Shown here: positions 26,712-36,776 of the stretch, one piece after another | How positions within the stretch are numbered: position 1 is the stretch's first letter | Layout: the number at the start of each line of letters is the position of its first letter | Source of the DNA: Methanocella sp. | Lineage (GTDB): Archaea > Thermoproteota > Bathyarchaeia > Bathyarchaeales > Bathycorpusculaceae | Length of the DNA stretch: 64,000 bases | Direction of reading: 5' to 3' | Assembly (NCBI GenBank): GCA_050261115.1 | Contig: JBLNCY010000057.1 | Span: 10,999 to 74,998, forward strand | Position numbers and translations under genes: made by a program | The notes under the pieces: generated by a model | What the model saw: the letters and a program-made list of their open reading frames with translations, nothing else | Database searches by the model: none | What the model was told of the DNA's origin: nothing

Positions 26712-27605
26712 ATGAAACGTTTTGCACATAATCCCATATTAGAACCAATCAAGTCTAACCCTTGGGAAAACCGATGCGTGTTTAACGCTGCAGCAATTTA
26801 CCATGACGGCTTAGTAAACATCGTTTACCGAGCACAAGGAACCGACATGGTCTCAAGACTAGGCTTAGCAACATCAAACGACGGTTTCACCATAAACGAA
26901 CGCTTAGACACGCCAATCTTTACGCCGATACACCACGCTGAACGCGACGGCTGCGAAGATCCACGCTTAACCGTAATCGGCGACGAATGCATCATGGCCT
27001 ACACAGCATACCGCAACCACGATTTCCCAGTCATTTTCCAAATCGCATTAACATCCATAAATCTCAAAGACTTTGCCAATCGCAACTGGAACTGGAAAGA
27101 ACGCAGTCTTCCATTCCCAAACGTCCGCAACAAAGACGCAGTCATCCTACCTAACAAGGTAGACGGCAAATACATGATGTTCCACAGAATCGAACCCAGC
27201 ATCTGCGTATCCTACTCAGAAGACCTCAAACGTTGGCACGATTTCAAATCCATCATGGAGCCACGCGACGGCATGTGGGACAGCAAAAAAATCGGTGCGG
27301 CAGGAACACCAATCGAACTCAACGAAGGCTACTTATTCATCTATCACGGCGTAGACGAACAGAAACGCTACTCACTTGGCGCAGCTCTGCTAGACAAGAG
27401 TAACCCGGAGAAGGTTCTTTTCCGCTCAGACGAACCCATCTTAACGCCATGCGAACAGTACGAATGCGTCGGTGACGTCCCAAACGTAGTGTTTAGCTGT
27501 GGTAACGTGCAACTTGATGATCAAGTTATCGTCTACTATGGCGGAGCAGACACGGTTCTCTGTGGCGCAAGCTACGAGTTAAACGAGTTGCTCCCCAAAA
27601 AATAG
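26712..27605 (+). CDS. GH130-like glycosidase/phosphorylase, second paralog
   Basis: Same motifs as 22954-23853 (FNAAA, EDPRLT, NKDAV, KIGAAG, YHGV, VPNVVFSCG). Confidence 0.9.
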   Translation: MKRFAHNPILEPIKSNPWENRCVFNAAAIYHDGLVNIVYRAQGTDMVSRLGLATSNDGFTINERLDTPIFTPIHHAERDGCEDPRLTVIGDECIMAYTAYRNHDFPVIFQIALTSINLKDFANRNWNWKERSLPFPNVRNKDAVILPNKVDGKYMMFHRIEPSICVSYSEDLKRWHDFKSIMEPRDGMWDSKKIGAAGTPIELNEGYLFIYHGVDEQKRYSLGAALLDKSNPEKVLFRSDEPILTPCEQYECVGDVPNVVFSCGNVQLDDQVIVYYGGADTVLCGASYELNELLPKK

Positions 27606-27616
27606 GCAACGTCTCT

Positions 27617-27660
27617 GCTTAAGGTATGGTTCCCTTAAGCAACCACCTTTTTGTTTTGTT
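27617..27660 (+). terminator. Hairpin plus T-tract after the GH130 gene
   Basis: GCTTAAGG-N8-CCTTAAGC followed by TTTTTGTTTTGTT. Confidence 0.5.
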
Positions 27661-27834
27661 CTATCTTTAGCGTATTCTGTTGGCATGGAATTGTAGCCAC
27701 AAATTGTTAAATCAAGCCAGCAAATCCAGTTATAATGTAACCTATCATAAGTCACGACTAAACAAGCGCAGCTTTGAGTACTACGCCTACGGTTTTTGGT
27801 CATTCAATGGTGATTGATAGGGAGGTGAACCGAG

Positions 27835-28395
27835 ATGTCAAAAGCTTACAAGTATGAAACAAGTGACGAAGGCACAACAGACTTCATTAAAGACTTGACG
27901 GCTAAAGCAAGCGTTAATGAAAAAGAATACCAGGAGAGAGTCTTGGAGGATGAAGCAATCATGGATTCAGATGAGCCCGATTGGTCGTCACAAAATCAAT
28001 CGCCATTGACTGGCCATATGGCAGGCTCCATGGAGGAGCTTGAACGTATCCAGAGCTCCGAAAACATGGCTGCCGCTGAGGTTCACCAATGCCTTAAAGA
28101 TTCTCTTGATTGCTACCAGACCTGTACAGAAACAATAATCCGATGCATCTCAATGGGCGGCAAACATGCTAAAGCTGAAAACATTAATTTGCTGATGGAT
28201 TGCGCTAGAATCTGTAACACTAACGCCGACTTTATCATGAGGAATTCAACGTATTATCCTCAGATTTGCGGCATATGCGCTGATATCTGCGATGAATGCG
28301 GAGACGAATGTGACAAGTTCGATGACGACTTTATGAAGGAATGTGCAAGCGCATGCAGACGCTGCGCTGAGTCATGCCGTGAAATGGCAAGATAA
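27835..28395 (+). CDS. Four-helix-bundle Cys-rich copper storage protein (DUF326/Csp3-like) with acidic N-terminal extension
   Basis: 15 Cys in CxxxC/CxxC helical repeats (CADICDECGDEC, CASACRRCAESC); GGAGGTGA SD. Confidence 0.88.
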   Translation: MSKAYKYETSDEGTTDFIKDLTAKASVNEKEYQERVLEDEAIMDSDEPDWSSQNQSPLTGHMAGSMEELERIQSSENMAAAEVHQCLKDSLDCYQTCTETIIRCISMGGKHAKAENINLLMDCARICNTNADFIMRNSTYYPQICGICADICDECGDECDKFDDDFMKECASACRRCAESCREMAR

Positions 28396-28438
28396 CCCAG
28401 TTATTGCTATTTTTGGTTGGTGGGAGGTGAAATATTTT

Positions 28439-28915
28439 ATGCAAGAAGAGATTCGTAGAGAACAGGAAAAGTTGAGAGACAATGCAACAATCTATGACTT
28501 ACTAAAACTTGAGCATAAAGACGTAAAGAGGCTTTTCAAACAGATTGTTGACGAGGAACGGTTCCAGGAAAACATTTACAGCCAAATCAAGACGGCGCTA
28601 AAGTTGCACATGTCTGGTGAGGAAAAGCTACTCTATCCAAAGCTCGAAAACAATGCAGAGACACGCACATTGACTTTGGAATCCTATGAGGAGCATGATG
28701 TCGGTAAAAAAGTCATGAATGACATTGATAGCTCAACAGATATGGAGGACAAGTTTGCCAAGTTGAAGGTTCTCAGTGAAGCCATCGATATGCATGTTGA
28801 GGAGGAGGAAGGTGAGCTTTTCAAGAAGGCAAAGCGGGTTCTTTCAATGGAAGAAGAGCGTGAGATTGCTCGTCAATTCATGGATATGAAGCTGGCGAAT
28901 ATGAATAACCGATGA
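28439..28915 (+). CDS. Hemerythrin-like cation-binding protein
   Basis: LKLEHKDV, H...EEKLLYP, EEHD, H.EEEE..LF; GGAGGTGA SD 8 nt before ATG 28439. Confidence 0.88.
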   Translation: MQEEIRREQEKLRDNATIYDLLKLEHKDVKRLFKQIVDEERFQENIYSQIKTALKLHMSGEEKLLYPKLENNAETRTLTLESYEEHDVGKKVMNDIDSSTDMEDKFAKLKVLSEAIDMHVEEEEGELFKKAKRVLSMEEEREIARQFMDMKLANMNNR

Positions 28916-29130
28916 TGCAGGTAGACAGCTTCCCTAATTTTTTCTAAAGTCGCCCATATATTAATATTTTCATGACAGCCCAACCCTTTAGTGAAACCTA
29001 CGCCAAAGCGTATCACTCAATAAAGAAAAAAACTTGCCACTAATCAACTGTGCAATCCTGCGTAAATCCCATATAAACATTGCATCATCCCGACGCTAAG
29101 CAGAACAGACCGCAGATATTGCTTCTGGCA

Positions 29131-29171
29131 AGTTATATATAAAGGGAGGGGGGTCCTTGGCAAAGCAAGAG
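29131..29171 (+). repeat. Dispersed intergenic element, copy B (short form)
   Basis: AGTTATATATAAAGGGAGGGGGGTCCTTGGCAAAGCAAGAG, ending 16 nt from the aRF1 stop codon. Confidence 0.85.
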
Positions 29172-29187
29172 CGTCCAGTGAATCTTT

Positions 29188-30456
29188 TTACTGTATCTTA
29201 AAGCGGAGGAAAGCAGCGATACCGCCAAACGCGTTAAGCAGCATCTGTCCCTCCTCTGTCTCAGTTGATATGACTTCCACCTCAGCGTTAGTCAGCTGCG
29301 ACAAATCCGCGATGTCATCCACAATCTCTTTTTTGTCAACGATTGTATATGAGGGCGCTTTACATCCACCGCAGGGTTTTGTGCTAAGTCCCTGTTCGAA
29401 AGCCTGCATGTCTTTGCCCTTAACTGTGTGCTGCTCCTCAAAGTTGCACGCGCCACATCTGATGGTGACCCGATACAAGTCAAGCTCTTCAGAGAGCAAC
29501 ACGGTGCGTACGGCGCCGCTGTTCATGTATCGGCGTACCTCATTTTCGCCATAAGTTATGAAGCCGCTGTCATGGCCGACTTCATAGAGGAATTTCTGCA
29601 TAAGCTGCTTCTCCTCTATATAGCGGACTTTTTTCATGATTTCAGGCGCTTTGTCAACAACCTCTTTAACGCCCTGCTCTTCCACATAGGCAGTGTCCAC
29701 TACATCAAGGATCTTGTTTTGCAGTTGATAATTTAGAAATGCGCCCTTCTGGAAATCATACTTTGTCGGGCCCGGACCACCCAGAATGATGCCCTTTAGG
29801 TTCTCCATAGGCAAAAAGACGTCGTTAGCGTGACCCGCTACACGGGTAAAATACTCGGTAAGCTGCATTTCACGTAAACGCTCATAACGCCTCGCTGACT
29901 GACCACCCGCCCGTGTTTTGCCACCTACACCGCTATGCATCTGCATAACAATGTTTAGATGCTTACCCTGCAACGTAGCAATAGTGGCGTTGCTTGCATC
30001 CACAAGTAATATACCGTAGGCTTCTTTCTCGCGAAGCATCTCTTGCAGGTGCTCAGTATGGAAGCGGCTGTCACATCGATAAAGAAAAATCCTGATAGGC
30101 TCAGGCGGAATAATAACATAGGATTCCATACGTTCCGTTCCGGGTCCACCGCCGGGCTGCGGCAGGGCGCCAGTGAAGATTACGATGCCGTGTTCACCGG
30201 GGTCTTTGAAGAGTTTGAGTTTCTGTTGCGCCTTAACGATGGCGTCAAGAACGTTTTTGCGGGTGACGTTGGATTTAATGTTGCTTGCAGTACCATACTC
30301 GTTTCGAAGAAGGTTAAGGGCGTCGCTGATCTGCTTGTCAGGTGGCACATAGATGGTGATGAGTTCAGTATGGCTGCCTTCTTTGGCGGCTAATGCGTTG
30401 ATGGTTTTTCTTAACCTGAATAGCTCAAGTGAGCTTCTTTTCTCTGTGGTACTCAA
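29188..30456 (-). CDS. prf1: Peptide chain release factor aRF1
   Basis: TASNIKS, LYRCDSRF, GGQSARR, GPGPTK, YGENEV and the zinc-ribbon insert. Confidence 0.97.
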   Translation of the reverse strand: MSTTEKRSSLELFRLRKTINALAAKEGSHTELITIYVPPDKQISDALNLLRNEYGTASNIKSNVTRKNVLDAIVKAQQKLKLFKDPGEHGIVIFTGALPQPGGGPGTERMESYVIIPPEPIRIFLYRCDSRFHTEHLQEMLREKEAYGILLVDASNATIATLQGKHLNIVMQMHSGVGGKTRAGGQSARRYERLREMQLTEYFTRVAGHANDVFLPMENLKGIILGGPGPTKYDFQKGAFLNYQLQNKILDVVDTAYVEEQGVKEVVDKAPEIMKKVRYIEEKQLMQKFLYEVGHDSGFITYGENEVRRYMNSGAVRTVLLSEELDLYRVTIRCGACNFEEQHTVKGKDMQAFEQGLSTKPCGGCKAPSYTIVDKKEIVDDIADLSQLTNAEVEVISTETEEGQMLLNAFGGIAAFLRFKIQ

Positions 30457-30542
30457 AGCGTCTTCACTGAAAGATGTTATAATTCAATACTCTACGTTAA
30501 GATGAGGAAAATAAAAGTTCCTACTCCAAGAAAGGAGGCGGG

Positions 30543-31562
30543 TTATGCTTTTGGTGCTTTAGCTGGCTTGTCAGCTTTGGGTGCAGGAGGGTCGGGTGGT
30601 AATCCGAGTGCTTCTTTGAGGTAGGCCTTGAATGGGCCGAGCTTGCCGCCATAGTTGCCTGCCGATATCTTGAGGATACCAGGACACATAAGTGATGCTT
30701 GGACGCCGACCGCCATAGCTTTCTTGACTGCGTCAAGGGTTAAGCCGTTAATGACGATTTCAAGCACACTTGTACAGCCCTCGGGGACAATGCTGTCAGG
30801 TACAATGGTTCGTAGGGTTGGGCAGTAAGTGTGGTTGGTGGAGGCTTTAAGCTTGTATTTCATGGAGCCAGCCTTGCTACCTGATCGGCACACGCCGCCT
30901 GGAAACGGCAAGATAACATCTGGAACTTGCGCGTGAATTGCATCTACTGCGGCTTCAGCTGCTGCAAGACACTCCTGGGGGGTCTTTGCAAATATCATAT
31001 AGTTGCCGCCTGCTACTGCTTCGGTGGCGCCAAAGCCGTCTTCAACAAAAAAGTTGCCTTCCATCACGGGTATCTTCCAGACTTTACGTCCCCCAATCAT
31101 GGCTTTACCTTGGAAGCCGTCGCCGAAGTAGCGGAGGCTGCTGCCGATAAGTAGCACACGTTTGCCTAAAAGTCCGTTGAAGGCTGCTGTGGTTGGGCAA
31201 GTCATGGTGCATTGACCGATGCGGCCCATTAGTGAGTGTTTGAGTTCAAAGCGGTCCTTGTTGTAAATTTGAATTAGGATGCCGGGTCGTTTGTCTGGGG
31301 TTTCACTGGCTGGAACGGTGCGTTCGATGGCTGCTTCAGCGGAAGCGGCGATGACGCTTGTGGCGTAGCCTGTTGTTATGGATGCAGCAGTCTGTGCCCA
31401 TTTCTCGTTAGCTGCAGTGATGAGTACACGAGCTGCCCACAGCGGAAACATCTCTGCAAAGGTATCCTCAACCTTCACAACGCCATGAGGAGTATTCACT
31501 AGGTACATCTTTTCTTTTTCGTCATAACCTTGAATTTCCAGCTTGCTACTGTTCGATGACAT
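30543..31562 (-). CDS. ftr: Formylmethanofuran-tetrahydromethanopterin formyltransferase
   Basis: VEDTFAEMF, RVLITA, TPD.RPG, RIGQC.MTCPTTA, GDGFQ, PGGVCRSGSK, SAGNYGGKLG. Confidence 0.93.
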   Translation of the reverse strand: MSSNSSKLEIQGYDEKEKMYLVNTPHGVVKVEDTFAEMFPLWAARVLITAANEKWAQTAASITTGYATSVIAASAEAAIERTVPASETPDKRPGILIQIYNKDRFELKHSLMGRIGQCTMTCPTTAAFNGLLGKRVLLIGSSLRYFGDGFQGKAMIGGRKVWKIPVMEGNFFVEDGFGATEAVAGGNYMIFAKTPQECLAAAEAAVDAIHAQVPDVILPFPGGVCRSGSKAGSMKYKLKASTNHTYCPTLRTIVPDSIVPEGCTSVLEIVINGLTLDAVKKAMAVGVQASLMCPGILKISAGNYGGKLGPFKAYLKEALGLPPDPPAPKADKPAKAPKA

Positions 31563-31742
31563 GAACGAGACCTTGCCTCTTGAGTGGGCTTTTGTATAAT
31601 TTAAGAGTTTTCATGTTTTTTCTGGTTTCAAGCTGTGTATTTTTATGGTATTAAACGTTGGTTTTCTTGGCATATTTAGAGTTTAGCAGGGAACGCCGAG
31701 TGCTTGCTGTTAGATTAGGGGTGTTGGATGTTGGATAGTGGT

Positions 31743-31799
31743 CTGTTGCTTTGCCGACCTACCCCCTCCCTTATATATAGAACCAACCACGGGTTCAAC
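31743..31799 (-). repeat. Dispersed intergenic element, copy C (full form)
   Basis: Minus strand GTTGAACCCGTGGTTGGTTCTATATATAAGGGAGGGGGTAGGTCGGCAAAGCAACAG. Confidence 0.9.
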
Positions 31800-31971
31800 T
31801 TAGCCTTGAATGCGCATGTGATTTTGCGGCTATGGGTTGGCTTCTCATTTTTTATGTCCTTCTGTAGTCACTATCCTCTACATAGCAGACTCTAGGCAAA
31901 CACCGCAAAGGGCTATGAAGCGCTTAATTTTTTAAGTCAGACAACCATATCAGAACCGCGAAGAGAGAGAT

Positions 31972-32379
31972 ATGCCGATTAAGTATTTTCCCGCCCCCGA
32001 AATCAAAAAACAAGTTGACCAGTTAGTGCAGGAATGCGAATTCCATCATGTGGTGCCACAGTTCGTTTTCTGTGTTCGAAGCAAAGGCAGCAAAGCAAAA
32101 CGCACCATAGCCCGCATTCATGGACTGGGCAAAATCTGGCAGGGCGTACTTAACCTCCCACCCAGCTACACCATCGAGGTTATTAGCGAAATCTATGACA
32201 GGATGTCTCCCGAGGATAAGGAGCGCACGTTGATTCATGAGTTGATGCATATCCCTGGCGGCTTTAGCGGCGGCTTTAGGCCTCACAAGGGCTATGTTGA
32301 GAGGAAGAATGTTGAGGCAGTGTATAAGAAACTGCAGAGTGACCGCGCTGCGAGGCGGCAGAAGCGACTTTTTTCCTGA
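31972..32379 (+). CDS. Putative zincin metallopeptidase (COG4900/phage-metallopeptidase-like)
   Basis: RSKGS..R.IARI.G, Y.IEVISE.YD, LIHELMHIP...G..RPH. Confidence 0.85.
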   Translation: MPIKYFPAPEIKKQVDQLVQECEFHHVVPQFVFCVRSKGSKAKRTIARIHGLGKIWQGVLNLPPSYTIEVISEIYDRMSPEDKERTLIHELMHIPGGFSGGFRPHKGYVERKNVEAVYKKLQSDRAARRQKRLFS

Positions 32380-32468
32380 ATAAAACGTGGCGGCATCGGT
32401 TAAAGTTTTTAAGCTTCTTTGCCGCGGTTGTGTTTATTGCAGCTTTAACAAAAGCCATATAAGCCTTA

Positions 32469-34181
32469 ATGGGCAAAGTCACAAGAAAACTTTGCCGTAG
32501 AACGGGGTTAAACAGTTCAATGAAGCATGTTATGAAAAGTCTAAAGCACAACGGCGTATACGTTCCACCCTATGACCTAAAGGGGTTTAGTGTTAAAATC
32601 GCTGGACAACCAGTTAAATTAACACCTAAAAGCGAGCCTATGGCAGTAGCCTGGGTACGCCGAGTCCTTTCTACCACTATACCCCCACCCGATAACGTCT
32701 TCACCAAGAACTTTATGCAGGAATTTTTGCAACAACTACAAAAAGAAAACCCCAAAGCCACATTCCTCCAAGAGTTTACCCTCAAATACTTATCAAACAT
32801 AGATAACCCAACCCTCAACAACGGCGGCGTCCAAGCCCTCGACATCGACTTCACCGACATAAAAGCATACATTCTTAACGAAAAGGCCAAAAAAGAAGCC
32901 ATGACCAAAGAGGAGAAAAAGAAACTGGCTGAGGAACGCAAAGTCATACGCCAGGAGTTCCGCGACAAATACGGCTATGCCGAAGTGGACGGTCAACGCC
33001 TCGAAATCGCCAACTGGACCGCTGAACCCAGCTGCCTCTTTGCGGGACGCGGTGACCACCCCCAGCGCGGCAGATGGAAAGAAGGCCCAAGTGAAGAAGA
33101 CATCACCCTCAACCTCTCCCCCGATGCCCCCAAACCCGAAGGCTGGAAGGGCAAAATCATCTGGGAACCCGAAAAGATGTATGTTGCCAAATGGGTTGAC
33201 AAACTAACTGGCAAAGTCAAGTACGTCTGGTTCAGTGACACTGCGTTTCTTAAGCAGAACCGAGAGAAGGAAAAATTCAAAAAAGCTGAGGACCTGGGCA
33301 AACACATAGACGCCGTAGAGAAACATATTCTCAAAAACCTCTCCGCAAAAGACATCATGCGTCGGAAAACAGCAACTGTTGCCTGGTTGATTCTTGCAGT
33401 GAACATGAGGGTTGGCGATGAGAAGGACCCAGATGAAGCTGATACGGTGGGCGCCATTACCCTGCGTGATGAGCACATCAGCATTCAAGGTGACCAGGTT
33501 ACCTTTGACTTCTTGGGTAAGGACAGCGTTAGATGGGTAAAAACCGTTCAAGCCCCGCCTCAAGTCATCAAGAACCTCACTGAGTTCAAGCAGGATAAAA
33601 AAGTCCAGTACCTCTTTGAGGGCATCGACAGCAAAACTGTCAGCCGATTCTTATCTGAAAAAGTACCCAAACTCACCGCAAAAGTGTTCCGTACCTGGAA
33701 ATGCACTAAAACAGTCAAAGAAGAACTCGAAAAGAGCGGCGTAACCAAAAACGATCCCGACTACAAAAAGAACTTTGCAGCCAAAATGGCTAACCTCAAA
33801 GTAGCAGAAGTCGCTAACCACAAACGCAAAATCCCACCCACCTATGACCAGCGCATAGCGGAGAAGGAGCGGAAACTAAAGGAACTGGAAGAACAGCTCA
33901 AAGTTAAGAAAAAAGAGGGCAAAAAAATTGAGTCGCTGGAAGGCCGCATTGAGAAAGCCAAACTTGATTTGGAATTGGCTAAGCTTACCCGCGAATACAA
34001 CTTGGGCACCTCGCTTAAGAGCTACATTGACCCACGGGCATACGTTAAGTGGGCTAAGAAAGTCAAGTTTGACGTTGAAAAGTTCTATCCCAAGACCCTG
34101 CGCAGCAAATTCAGTTGGGCGCTACAGGCAGGCAGCAAGAAGAGCACGGATGCCTGCGACTCCGAGTGTATAACTCCATGA
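32469..34181 (+). CDS. top1: DNA topoisomerase IB (eukaryote-like)
   Basis: LKHNG, EP..LFAGRG.HP.RG, catalytic R (MRVGDEKD), K (FLGKDS), R (AKVFRT), H (NHKR), Y (SYIDPR); likely start 32520 or 32532. Confidence 0.96.
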   Translation: MGKVTRKLCRRTGLNSSMKHVMKSLKHNGVYVPPYDLKGFSVKIAGQPVKLTPKSEPMAVAWVRRVLSTTIPPPDNVFTKNFMQEFLQQLQKENPKATFLQEFTLKYLSNIDNPTLNNGGVQALDIDFTDIKAYILNEKAKKEAMTKEEKKKLAEERKVIRQEFRDKYGYAEVDGQRLEIANWTAEPSCLFAGRGDHPQRGRWKEGPSEEDITLNLSPDAPKPEGWKGKIIWEPEKMYVAKWVDKLTGKVKYVWFSDTAFLKQNREKEKFKKAEDLGKHIDAVEKHILKNLSAKDIMRRKTATVAWLILAVNMRVGDEKDPDEADTVGAITLRDEHISIQGDQVTFDFLGKDSVRWVKTVQAPPQVIKNLTEFKQDKKVQYLFEGIDSKTVSRFLSEKVPKLTAKVFRTWKCTKTVKEELEKSGVTKNDPDYKKNFAAKMANLKVAEVANHKRKIPPTYDQRIAEKERKLKELEEQLKVKKKEGKKIESLEGRIEKAKLDLELAKLTREYNLGTSLKSYIDPRAYVKWAKKVKFDVEKFYPKTLRSKFSWALQAGSKKSTDACDSECITP

Positions 34182-34459
34182 GCGTCGTCGAAACCAAAGA
34201 CGGCGCCAACCTCACAGTTTTTGTAAAACCCAACTCCCCAAAGTTCAAGATAGAATTTGACGGCACTGAAGTCATTGTTTACTCCACGGAGGAACCCGTC
34301 AAGGGCAAGGTGAATAAGGAGATTATGAAGGAGATGGGGAAGCTTTTGGGGTTGCGTGTGGAGATTGTTTCTGGGTTGACTTCTAAGCAGAAAGTGCTGC
34401 TCTTTAGGGGCATAAGCAAAGCTGAGGTTGAAGCACTGTTAGGTAGCTTACAGGGTTGA
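34178..34459 (+). CDS. DUF167/YggU family protein
   Basis: VFVKPNS, PVKGKVNKE, IVSGLTS..K; ATGA overlap with the top1 stop. Confidence 0.88.
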   Translation: MSVVETKDGANLTVFVKPNSPKFKIEFDGTEVIVYSTEEPVKGKVNKEIMKEMGKLLGLRVEIVSGLTSKQKVLLFRGISKAEVEALLGSLQG

Positions 34460-34525
34460 AGTGGTTGGTGGATTTGGAAAAACCATAAATTCTAAGACAC
34501 CCTAACGCTTCCTTGGTGGGTACAG

Positions 34526-34960
34526 ATGAAAGCAGACCAAGCAACCCAAAAGGGAGTTATACAGGCTTTTAAAGAAATGTTTGAGGCGTACAAAAAGAAA
34601 GACACCCAAGGCGTCCTTAACTGCTGGGCAAGCGACCCCGATATAGTAATGATTGGGTCAGGTAAGGATGAGAAAAGTGTTGGTGTAGAAAAATTTGTTG
34701 AGAGTCTAACAAGGGATTGGGAGCAAGCCAACATCACCGCCATCGACGTGAAGGATTTCAGCGTCTCAGTCTCGGGGAATGTCGCTTGGCTTAGTTCAGA
34801 TTTAACCTTTAACTATACAGTAAAGGAAAAAGCCCTGCAGTTGGCTGGGCGCTTAACGGGAGTTATGGAGAAACGCAACGGAAAATGGCTCTGGATGCAG
34901 ATGCATTACTCTGTTCCTAACGTTAATCAGAAACGCGGCCAATCGTGGCCCAAAAAGTAA
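34526..34960 (+). CDS. SnoaL/NTF2-like protein
   Basis: D..MIG.G, VS.SG.VAW, R.T.V.EKR.GKW...Q.H.S. Confidence 0.85.
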   Translation: MKADQATQKGVIQAFKEMFEAYKKKDTQGVLNCWASDPDIVMIGSGKDEKSVGVEKFVESLTRDWEQANITAIDVKDFSVSVSGNVAWLSSDLTFNYTVKEKALQLAGRLTGVMEKRNGKWLWMQMHYSVPNVNQKRGQSWPKK

Positions 34961-35127
34961 GCTGCAAAAACTGTGGACATAACTGGGCTAGTTCAATGGA
35001 GAAGTACTAGCGCCTTTTCACCATTTCTCGACGGTTATTCTATCATTATTCTTTTGTGCTTTGCATGGTTTGATTTTAGAATTAAAATAAAGCGTTTATA
35101 TCCCCCAAGGCTAAGCGTAACTTTGAG

Positions 35128-36726
35128 ATGAAGGTTATGAGCAGCAGCGAAGAAAACCGAATCATTCCAAGAACCATGTCTACCCAGCATCCAGACAACG
35201 CAGTTACACCAGACTGGAGCCGAGACGAAGTAATCGGGGGCAACGCAGAGGTCTTGGAAGCCTTCTATGCATACAGCAGTCTAGGCTGCCAGGAAGTCAT
35301 GTGGGACTCTGAAGGCAAAGACGCTGACACCCGCGTGGTTCGAAAGCTGCTCCAGAAGTACTGGGATTACTTTGCAAGCCACACAATCGGCGAAGATCTC
35401 TTCCTAACATATCGTGTTCCCAACCCAAAGATTGAAGGTGCCGAGAAGAAGATCATTGTTGAGACTCTACAGAATATCCCCGTGGCCTATGATGTGGCGA
35501 CGTTGGTTTACAAGCGGGAGGTTTCGCCCCTCTTTGAAGTCATCTTGCCCATGACTACCGACGCTAAAGAAATCATCATGCTATACAACTATTACAAAAA
35601 AGCCATAGTTGAAGCAGAAGACGCCAAACTCTACGAGCAAACCACCGTCAAAGACTGGATGGGTCACTTTATGCCCAAAGCCATCAAAGTAATCCCGCTT
35701 GTGGAAGACTTTGACAGCATCCTAAACGTAGACCAAATCATTGCGCCATACATCAAGGCAGTGAAGCCCAAACAGCAACGCATCTTCGTCGCCCGCTCAG
35801 ACCCCGCCCTAAACTACGGTCATATCTGCGCGGTGCTGCTCTCAAAAATCGCATTAAGCAAACTCAAAAAACTCGAAAAACAGACTGAACACACAGCGAT
35901 ACATCCAATCCTTGGGGTGGGCTCAAAACCCTTCCGAGGCCACCTCTCGCCAGATAACATCGACAACTTCTTACAAGAATACCAGGGCCTATCCACAGTC
36001 ACCATCCAATCCGCCTTCAGATACGATTACCCCGCAGACCAAGTCAAAGAAGGCATCCAAACCCTCAACCAACGCCTACCCAACGGGGTCCCCGAATTCA
36101 TCGACCCCGAAGAAGAATCCGTTCTCCGCGGCATTCTCTCAAAGTGCAGAAAAGAATACGAACACCAAATCGAAATCATGGCCCCCTTCATCAACGCAGT
36201 CGCAGCCTACGTTCCAGCAAGACGCACAAGAAAACTCCACATCGGACTCTTCGGCTACAGCCGATGCGTCGCAGGGGTATGCCTGCCAAGGGCCATCAGC
36301 TTTGCCAGCGCACTCTACAGCGTCGGTATCCCACCCGAATTCATCGGCCTTAAAGCACTAAACCAGCTAAGCGAACAGGAATGGCAAACCCTCACCAAGA
36401 ACTACATAAAAATGCAGCATGACTTCAAAGTAGTCGGCGAATATGTCTCCTTAAACAACATAAACATGCTCACCGAGTTGAGTCAAATCACAGCTAAACG
36501 GTCAGGCATGAGTGAAGACCAACTAAAAGACGCCCTTGCAAGCTTAATCGAGGACCTAAACGCCGCCGAGCAGAAGCTAAACATCAAGCTGGGCCCCCGA
36601 GGATTCTCCCAGAGACGACACGAGAACTTTTCAAACAACTTTTTGCTCTCATTCCTGCAGAAGCAAGATGCAGAGGCAAAGGCGGCGCTGGTGGAATCAG
36701 CCAAGCTTAGAAGATGCCTAGGCTAA
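35128..36726 (+). CDS. ppcA: Archaeal-type phosphoenolpyruvate carboxylase
   Basis: IPRTMSTQHPDN, MWD.EGK, IPLVED, ARSDPALNYG, G.GS.PFRG, GLFGYSR, PRAI.F. Confidence 0.96.
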   Translation: MKVMSSSEENRIIPRTMSTQHPDNAVTPDWSRDEVIGGNAEVLEAFYAYSSLGCQEVMWDSEGKDADTRVVRKLLQKYWDYFASHTIGEDLFLTYRVPNPKIEGAEKKIIVETLQNIPVAYDVATLVYKREVSPLFEVILPMTTDAKEIIMLYNYYKKAIVEAEDAKLYEQTTVKDWMGHFMPKAIKVIPLVEDFDSILNVDQIIAPYIKAVKPKQQRIFVARSDPALNYGHICAVLLSKIALSKLKKLEKQTEHTAIHPILGVGSKPFRGHLSPDNIDNFLQEYQGLSTVTIQSAFRYDYPADQVKEGIQTLNQRLPNGVPEFIDPEEESVLRGILSKCRKEYEHQIEIMAPFINAVAAYVPARRTRKLHIGLFGYSRCVAGVCLPRAISFASALYSVGIPPEFIGLKALNQLSEQEWQTLTKNYIKMQHDFKVVGEYVSLNNINMLTELSQITAKRSGMSEDQLKDALASLIEDLNAAEQKLNIKLGPRGFSQRRHENFSNNFLLSFLQKQDAEAKAALVESAKLRRCLG

Positions 36727-36776
36727 CCCGCCAACCCACTTCTTGTTTCCAAACTCGTCTGCGGGTTTTGTGCGCT

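Noticed and set aside
32469-34181. Eukaryote-like TopIB as a novelty in itself
   Set aside because: Already established for several TACK lineages; only its neighbourhood is flagged.
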